A DNA stretch of 64,000 nucleotides from an uncultured bacterium (GTDB taxonomy: Bacteria; Eisenbacteria; RBG-16-71-46): assembly GCA_964542745.1 (NCBI GenBank), contig CAZIVR010000005.1, forward strand, positions 9,142 through 73,141, given 5' to 3'. Numbering within the stretch: the stretch's first letter is position 1; each line of letters begins with the position of its first letter. Under the pieces are notes generated by a model that was not told where the DNA came from, did not search any database, and saw only the letters and a program-made list of their open reading frames with translations. A program made the translations under genes and the position numbers. Shown one piece after another: positions 59,701-64,000 of the stretch.

Positions 59701-60223
59701 AGTTGCTGAAGCGGTCCGCCTCCTGCGTGACCGGACGCGGGTCGCTGCCGTCGGCGTTCATCATCCACGCGTTCTCGGTGCCGCCGCGGTCGCTCGTGAA
59801 GGCGATCCGCTTCCCGTCCGGCGACCAGCGCGCCTGCATGTCGTAGCCCATCCCGGACGTGAGCCGGGTGGCGCGGCCGCCGGTGACCGGCATCGTGTAG
59901 AGGTCGCCGAGCAGGTCGAACAGCAGCGTGCGGCCGTCGGGCGACACGTCCACCGTCATCCAGGTTCCCTCGCGGGTCTCGAACCGCAGCGTGTCGTGCG
60001 GGGCGTGGGGCACGGTGACGTCCCACGGGTCGCCGGACTTGGGCTTCTCGGCCGGCGCCTCCGCCGAGGGCGTGACGTCGGGGGCATCGTGCCCCGGGTG
60101 GGTGTCGGCATGCGACGCGAACACCGCGCCGGCGGGCCGGTCGGCGCGCGCGGGGGCCGCCGCGCACAGGATCGCGGCCGCCGCGAGGGCGGGCAGAAGG
60201 CGAACGATGGACCTGGGAGACAT
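56786..60223 (-). CDS. periplasmic TolB-like beta-propeller (PD40 repeats) fused to amidohydrolase-family metal-dependent hydrolase
   Basis: It has a signal peptide MSPRSIVRLLPALAAAAILCAAAPARA, multiple SPDG(K/R) WD40-like PD40 repeats, a Lys/Ala/Gly-rich linker and a C-terminal amidohydrolase (PGLVDAHAHAH ... metal ligands). It is 1145 aa. Confidence 0.85.
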   Translation of the reverse strand: MSPRSIVRLLPALAAAAILCAAAPARADRPAGAVFASHADTHPGHDAPDVTPSAEAPAEKPKSGDPWDVTVPHAPHDTLRFETREGTWMTVDVSPDGRTLLFDLLGDLYTMPVTGGRATRLTSGMGYDMQARWSPDGKRIAFTSDRGGTENAWMMNADGSDPRPVTQEADRFSNSPAWSPDGRWITVRRRLTDQSSLGTVELWMYSVLGGKGVQVTKKAEWGDANEPVFSRDGRHVYFTGRPQRFQYDRNVHAGIWQIRRFDRVTGKIVTVTEGAGGAGRAAFSPDGKTMSFVRRVREKTVLFLQDLETGRARPLWDGLSFDNMEGFAWTGVYPAYAWTPDGKSIVIYAAGGFSRVDVATGTATRIPFTASVEQVVTHAVRFRQTLDADRVTVRQLAWPASSPDGKSIVFSALGRIWRYEIASKSARALTPEGQRAFAPAWSPDGRSIAFVTWKDGEGGHVARMPANGGSATRLTRVPSQYLNPAWSRDGSKLAFLKGSGAGLRGTSDLNDEIWFELQWMPAGGGEARTVTTLEAQFDASGMPRPAWNAAGDRLYFVEYGEDPTGSAQKNSLVSVRLDGTDRIAHATVTNGEDFMPSPDDRWLAYRVKYAAYVSELPKSGRDPVDLGPDGALPARKLSEDSGDWLQWGRGGRAITWSSGPLFRSLSLDSLTAYWERQLVEAGKPKAKKDAAKGAAGADSSGKGAGADSATAAAKDDAKGGKKADAVAAPRPDSIWISLEVPRARPRGTVAFTGARVITMRGGNANETLEDATVVVKDNRIVAVGPRASTAVPAGARTVDARGKTVIPGLVDAHAHAHYASVGVIPERFWSYDANLAYGVTTMHDPSATSWEVFTEGEMVETGALRGPRVYSTGNILYGAGGRDATPMANLDEARHHMRRMKRLGAISVKSYMQPRREQRQWILQAAREESMLVVPEGGGKFEENLGFVMDGHTGLEHALPITPIYRDVVELFSKSRSGYTPTLLVAYGGLSGEHWFYQHANVFDDPKLRRFTPEKYLAARAIRRPVMAPEWDWHHKDVAAGCRQIVEAGGSVQIGAHGQRQGLGAHWEIWALAQGGMRPADAIKCATWNGAWYLGMDHAIGSIEPGKLADFVVLDANPLEDIRNTNTVRWVVKNGEVFDGDTLEK

Positions 60224-60418
60224 GGAAGGGGTTCTCCGCGTTGGGAAGCCGGCGCGCGGTCGAGGCGCGGAACGGGAACGCGAGAAGCTATTCCGCCGGC
60301 CCCTTCGCGGCAAGGGCGGCGCGCCGCTCCGCGACCGGCGCCGGAGCGCCGGGCGACGAGCGCGGCGGACGCCCGGACCGGGAGCGCCGCCGCGGCACGC
60401 CGATCCATCCCGCGTCCG

Positions 60419-62716
60419 GTGCTAGACTCGTCCCCGTCCCGGAGCCCCGCTCCCCATCTCTCTCGCCGCTCCACCCGGGAGTCGCCCCTGCGCCTCACGC
60501 CCCGCATCCGCCCGCGCGCCCTGCCCCCCGCTTCGTGGCTCCTCGCCGCGGCGTGCGCGATGGCCGCGTTCCCGCAAGCCGCCACGGCCGGACCGGTGGA
60601 GGACTCGGGCTTCGAGCGCCGCCTCGAGTCGGTCTCGCGCACCGGCGTCGTCCATGACCGCGTGCTGCCGCTCGCGCGGCTCGAGCGTCTGGACGGATCC
60701 GAGGGCGCCCCGGCGATCGGGCCCGCGACGTGGCGACAGGCGGTGGACGAGCTGCGGCGCGCCTCGTTCCGCGCCGCGGGCGCGCCGGACCCGGACGCGA
60801 TCGCCCGCGCGGCGCGCGCGGTGCGGGACCGGGGCGCCGTGCCCCTCGCGATCCTCGACCTCGCCTACGAGCGCCTCGCCGACGGCTCCGCGCCCGGGCC
60901 GGGCGAGGCGGCCGGTCCCGGCGCGATGCCCGCGCTGGTCGAATCGCGCGCCTTCGCGGCCGCCGCGCTGGCCGGCCCGACGCACCGCGGCGCCGGCGTG
61001 ACCTTCCTCCTCGAGCGGGCGCTCTACGTCGGCGATCCCCCGCGGGGCCCGCGCGCGATCGAGGTGGACTTCGGCGACGGGCTCGGCTTCCGCCGGGTCC
61101 GCTTCGGCGAGCCGGTGGCCGCGGGCTACGCGACCACGGGCCCGCGCACGCTGGCCGCGCGCGTCACGCGCGACGACGGCACGGTGGCGGTCTCGCGCTT
61201 CGCCTTCGAGGTGGCGGGACTCGCGACGCCCTCGCCCGACGACACGCTCGCGATCACCGCGTCGACCGCGTGGCAGGGCCAGTTCGGCACCGGGCGGGCG
61301 TTCGTCTACCGGGCGCCCGGCCGGACGCAGATCGAAAATCCCGTGGTGGTGGTCGAGGGCTTCGACCTCGACAACAGCATGGGCTGGGACGAGCTCTACG
61401 CGCTCCTCAACCGCGAAAACCTCCTCGAGACCCTGCGCGCCGACGGCTTCGACGCGGTGGTGCTCGACTTCACCGACGCCACCGAGCCGGTGCAGAAGAA
61501 CGGCCTGGTGGTGGCGGAACTGATCCAGCAGGTGCAGGCCACGATCGCGCCGCAGGCCAACCTCGCGGTGGTCGGGGCGAGCATGGGCGGCCTGTGCTCG
61601 CGCTACGCGCTGCTGTGGCTCGAGGCCAACGCCCCGCCGCACCGCGTGCGCGCCTGGCTCTCGTTCGACGCCCCGCACGCGGGCGCCGACATCCCGCTCG
61701 GGCTCCAGTACTGGATCCGCTTCTTCGCGAGCCAGTCGGCCGACGCCGCCGCGTTCCTCGCGATCCTCGACCGGCCCGCCGCCCGGCAGATGCTCGTCTA
61801 CCACTACACGAACCCGCCGGGCGCGACCGGCGCGCCGGACCCGATGCGGGCCGCGATGCTCTCCGACTTCGCGGCGCTGGGCGACTGGCCCGCGCTCCCG
61901 CGGCGGCTCGCGGTCGCCAACGGCAGCGGCGCCCGGGTCAACCAGGGGTTCGCGCCCGCCGCCCCGGTGATCCGCTGGAACTACACCTCGCTGTTCGTGG
62001 ACATCACCGGCAACGTGTGGGCGCTCCCCGACGCCGTCTCCGACACGATCTTCGCGGGGCGCACGCGCATCCTCTTCACGACCACCACCCAGACCGTGAT
62101 CGTTTCCGGCACGCGTCCGTGGGACGGGGCCCCGGGCGGGTGGCGCGCCTCGTTCGCCGAGCTCGACGCGCTCACCGCCCCCTACGGCGACATCGTGGCG
62201 CTCCACCCCCACCACTGCTTCGTGCCGAGCGTGAGCGCGCTCGCGCTCGCGACGCCGGATCCCTTCTTCGACATCGCCGGGGCTCCCGACCTGCTCGCGC
62301 TCACGCCCTTCGACGCGGTCTTCTACCCGGCCTCGAACGAGGAGCACGTGTTCCTCACGGCGGCGAGCGCGGCCTGGATCCGGAGTGAGATCGAAAGCGG
62401 CGTGGTGTCGGTGGCGCCACGCGCCGCACGCGGCGGCGGTGCCGGGCTCGCGCTCGCGGCGGGACCGCATCCGTTCTCCGGCTCGCTGGAGCTGGCGTTC
62501 GACCTGCCGCGCGCGGAAACCGTGACGCTGGAGATCTTCTCGGTGGACGGGCGGGCGGTGCGCCGGCTCGCGCGCGGGGCTTTCGAGGCGGGCCCCCACC
62601 GGCTCATGTGGGACGGCCGGGACGGTTCGGGAACTCCGGTTCCCGCAGGGCTTTACTTCGCGAGGCTTACCGCGGGCTCGAAGTCGGTCACGGCGCGCGC
62701 GGCGCGGCTCCGTTAG
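60419..62716 (+). CDS. secreted alpha/beta-hydrolase (lipase/esterase-like, GASMGG nucleophile motif) with C-terminal FlgD-Ig/T9SS-type sorting domain; start uncertain
   Basis: It has LAVVGASMGGLCSRYAL (GxSxG). The CTD is GPHPFSGSLELAFDLPRAETVTLEIFSVDGRAVRRLARGAFEAGPHRLMWDGRDGSGTPVPAGLYFARL. The putative signal region is SWLLAAACAMAAFPQAATA. The GTG at 60419 gives a long n-region. Confidence 0.55.
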   Translation: MLDSSPSRSPAPHLSRRSTRESPLRLTPRIRPRALPPASWLLAAACAMAAFPQAATAGPVEDSGFERRLESVSRTGVVHDRVLPLARLERLDGSEGAPAIGPATWRQAVDELRRASFRAAGAPDPDAIARAARAVRDRGAVPLAILDLAYERLADGSAPGPGEAAGPGAMPALVESRAFAAAALAGPTHRGAGVTFLLERALYVGDPPRGPRAIEVDFGDGLGFRRVRFGEPVAAGYATTGPRTLAARVTRDDGTVAVSRFAFEVAGLATPSPDDTLAITASTAWQGQFGTGRAFVYRAPGRTQIENPVVVVEGFDLDNSMGWDELYALLNRENLLETLRADGFDAVVLDFTDATEPVQKNGLVVAELIQQVQATIAPQANLAVVGASMGGLCSRYALLWLEANAPPHRVRAWLSFDAPHAGADIPLGLQYWIRFFASQSADAAAFLAILDRPAARQMLVYHYTNPPGATGAPDPMRAAMLSDFAALGDWPALPRRLAVANGSGARVNQGFAPAAPVIRWNYTSLFVDITGNVWALPDAVSDTIFAGRTRILFTTTTQTVIVSGTRPWDGAPGGWRASFAELDALTAPYGDIVALHPHHCFVPSVSALALATPDPFFDIAGAPDLLALTPFDAVFYPASNEEHVFLTAASAAWIRSEIESGVVSVAPRAARGGGAGLALAAGPHPFSGSLELAFDLPRAETVTLEIFSVDGRAVRRLARGAFEAGPHRLMWDGRDGSGTPVPAGLYFARLTAGSKSVTARAARLR

Positions 62717-62789
62717 GCGGACTTCGGGCCTGGCGAATCCCCGCTGAGGAACCGGCACCCGGTGAGTACCGGCCGGTGAGACCCCGCGG

Positions 62790-63803
62790 CTAGAGACTCG
62801 CCCGCAGCGTCTCGGCGGCGCGGCGCCGGTCGCGCCAGCCCGCCGGCGCGCCGGCCACCCGCCAGAACAGGCGCGAGAAGGGCAGCATCTCGGCGTCGGG
62901 CTCGCCGCCTCCGCGCACGCTCACCACCAGCCCGGTGTCGAGATCGCGGGCCATGCGCCCGGCGAGCAGCACGCAGCGCGTGTAGCGCATCAGGGCGCGG
63001 ACGCAGATCACGATCGCGAGCACCGCGCTCAGCGCGTCCGTCCAGCGGGGCACGCGGCCGTCCCCGAACCCTTCGGCCGCGAGCCGGGACACGGCGAGCA
63101 GCACCACCAGCAGCACGAAGGCGGTCACGGTGCTCGGGCGCGGACGGGAGAGCGCACGCCGCACGCGCTCGATCTCGTGGCGTTCGCCGGCGCTGAGCGG
63201 GCGCTGGGCGAACCGCAGGTCCGGAGCCGGGGCGGTGACCCGCAGCGAGAGCGGCGCGTAGAGCGTCGCGCCGCGGTGCGCGTCGGTTTCCAGGAGCTCT
63301 TCGCGCGAGGTGTCGGGACGCGTCGAGGCGGGATCCACCACGCGCCGGGTGTTCGGCAGCAACGCGAACCCGGGCGGGGCCGCGGCCGCCTCGTCCTCGG
63401 CGTCCGCGGCGTCACGGACCGCGGGCGACTCGAAGGTCCACGCCTCGCCCCCCGCGAGATCGGCGCCGAGATCGCGCCACGCGCGCAGGTGGTCGCGAAC
63501 CAGCAGGATCCCGACCGGCAGCGCGAGGAGCAACGCGCCCAGGACGGCGGCGAACGCGGCCGCCGCGACCGGGCCGCCGGTGCGGTCCCCGGCGAGTGCC
63601 GCGAGCGCGAGCGGGAATCCGAGCGCGAGCGGGGGGATCGCGAGCCCGAGCACCGCGCGCGCGAGATGCGCGTCGCGCAGCCCGGCGATCCAGCGCCGCT
63701 CGCCCCCGGTCAGCGTGCGGTCGCCGGCGCGCCGGCACCCGAGGCACCAGGTCTCGGCCTCGCGCGAGGCCTCGTTCGATGGCGCCGTCCCGGTCGGGTG
63801 CAT
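62790..63803 (-). CDS. hypothetical membrane protein (about 4 TM)
   Basis: It has hydrophobic helices (VLGLAIPPLALGFPLALAALAG; AVLGALLLALPVGILLV; VTAFVLLVVLLAVSRLAA; LSAVLAIVICVRAL) and no recognisable family. It could also be a GC artefact. Confidence 0.35.
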   Translation of the reverse strand: MHPTGTAPSNEASREAETWCLGCRRAGDRTLTGGERRWIAGLRDAHLARAVLGLAIPPLALGFPLALAALAGDRTGGPVAAAAFAAVLGALLLALPVGILLVRDHLRAWRDLGADLAGGEAWTFESPAVRDAADAEDEAAAAPPGFALLPNTRRVVDPASTRPDTSREELLETDAHRGATLYAPLSLRVTAPAPDLRFAQRPLSAGERHEIERVRRALSRPRPSTVTAFVLLVVLLAVSRLAAEGFGDGRVPRWTDALSAVLAIVICVRALMRYTRCVLLAGRMARDLDTGLVVSVRGGGEPDAEMLPFSRLFWRVAGAPAGWRDRRRAAETLRASL

Positions 63804-64000
63804 GGGTCCGGTATCGGCCGGCCGGGCCGCGCGCCTTCAGCCGCGTTGCCTGCGGCGCGCCGCGCCCGCCCAGTTCGTGTCCGGGCGGGGCGGACCCGCC
63901 GGATGGCAACTTGCCGCTCCCGCCCCGGCCCACGCTCCGGGGCACGCCGCAAGTGCAGGAAATACCGGCCCACGGCGCCCCCGGAGCCCGCGGTGCGGAG

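Overview
This is a uniformly very high-GC (~70%+) bacterial chromosomal window. Because of the GC content, the six-frame track is full of long spurious Arg/Ala/Pro-rich ORFs, often antisense to the real genes. I called genes only where the translation is a recognisable protein family or has clear membrane or signal-peptide architecture, and I anchored coordinates to the ORF-track arithmetic. No rRNA, tRNA, CRISPR array or mobile element is evident.

Contents, in order:
- Positions 1-4.9 kb hold a cell-envelope modification cluster: a partial AMP-dependent acyl-CoA ligase, a SAM methyltransferase, a deacetylase-like hypothetical and a divergent GT39/ArnT-like membrane glycosyltransferase.
- A secreted HExxH zinc metalloprotease with a C-terminal FlgD-Ig/T9SS-type sorting domain (CTD) follows.
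- A MacA adaptor and an FtsX/MacB-type permease sit together with no ATPase gene adjacent.
- A metal-homeostasis block contains a CDF exporter and a five-gene minus-strand operon: di-heme cytochrome c peroxidase-like, an outer-membrane beta-barrel, a DtxR/MntR regulator and an Nramp(MntH)-UspA fusion. An AT-rich palindromic candidate operator lies in its promoter.
- A 2-oxoacid dehydrogenase operon has scrambled gene order: E1beta, an ABM monooxygenase, E2, a secreted prolyl oligopeptidase, then E1alpha.
- An outer-membrane beta-barrel protein carries PAKVEEAPKPAPA tandem repeats and a C-terminal LysM domain. Two FN3-domain secreted proteins lie next to it.
- A complete, compact type IV pilus locus runs on the plus strand: pilT-pilB-pilC-pilA, two minor pilins, a pilX-like gene and pilMNOPQ. 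pilD sits just downstream, and a perfect TTGACA -35 candidate promoter lies upstream of pilT.
- Later genes include an HDOD signalling protein, YebC, a second GT39-like membrane protein, an S10 carboxypeptidase and a GT1 glycosyltransferase.
- Two striking repeat proteins stand out. One is a 1347-aa secreted protein of 11 alternating A/B-type ~110-aa beta-sandwich (PPC-like) repeats plus a T9SS-type CTD. The other is a Cys-rich protein of three ~170-aa CBM4_9-like repeats ending in a PEP-CTERM-like hydrophobic/RRRR tail.
- Further on are a 1145-aa TolB-propeller plus amidohydrolase protein and an alpha/beta-hydrolase (lipase-like) with the same CTD.

The most interesting theme is a family of four unrelated exported enzymes or repeat proteins that share one C-terminal sorting domain. 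Together with a possible PorV-like outer-membrane protein, this suggests a T9SS-like cargo system in this high-GC lineage. The giant alternating-repeat protein and the scrambled E1beta-ABM-E2-peptidase-E1alpha operon are the next most notable.
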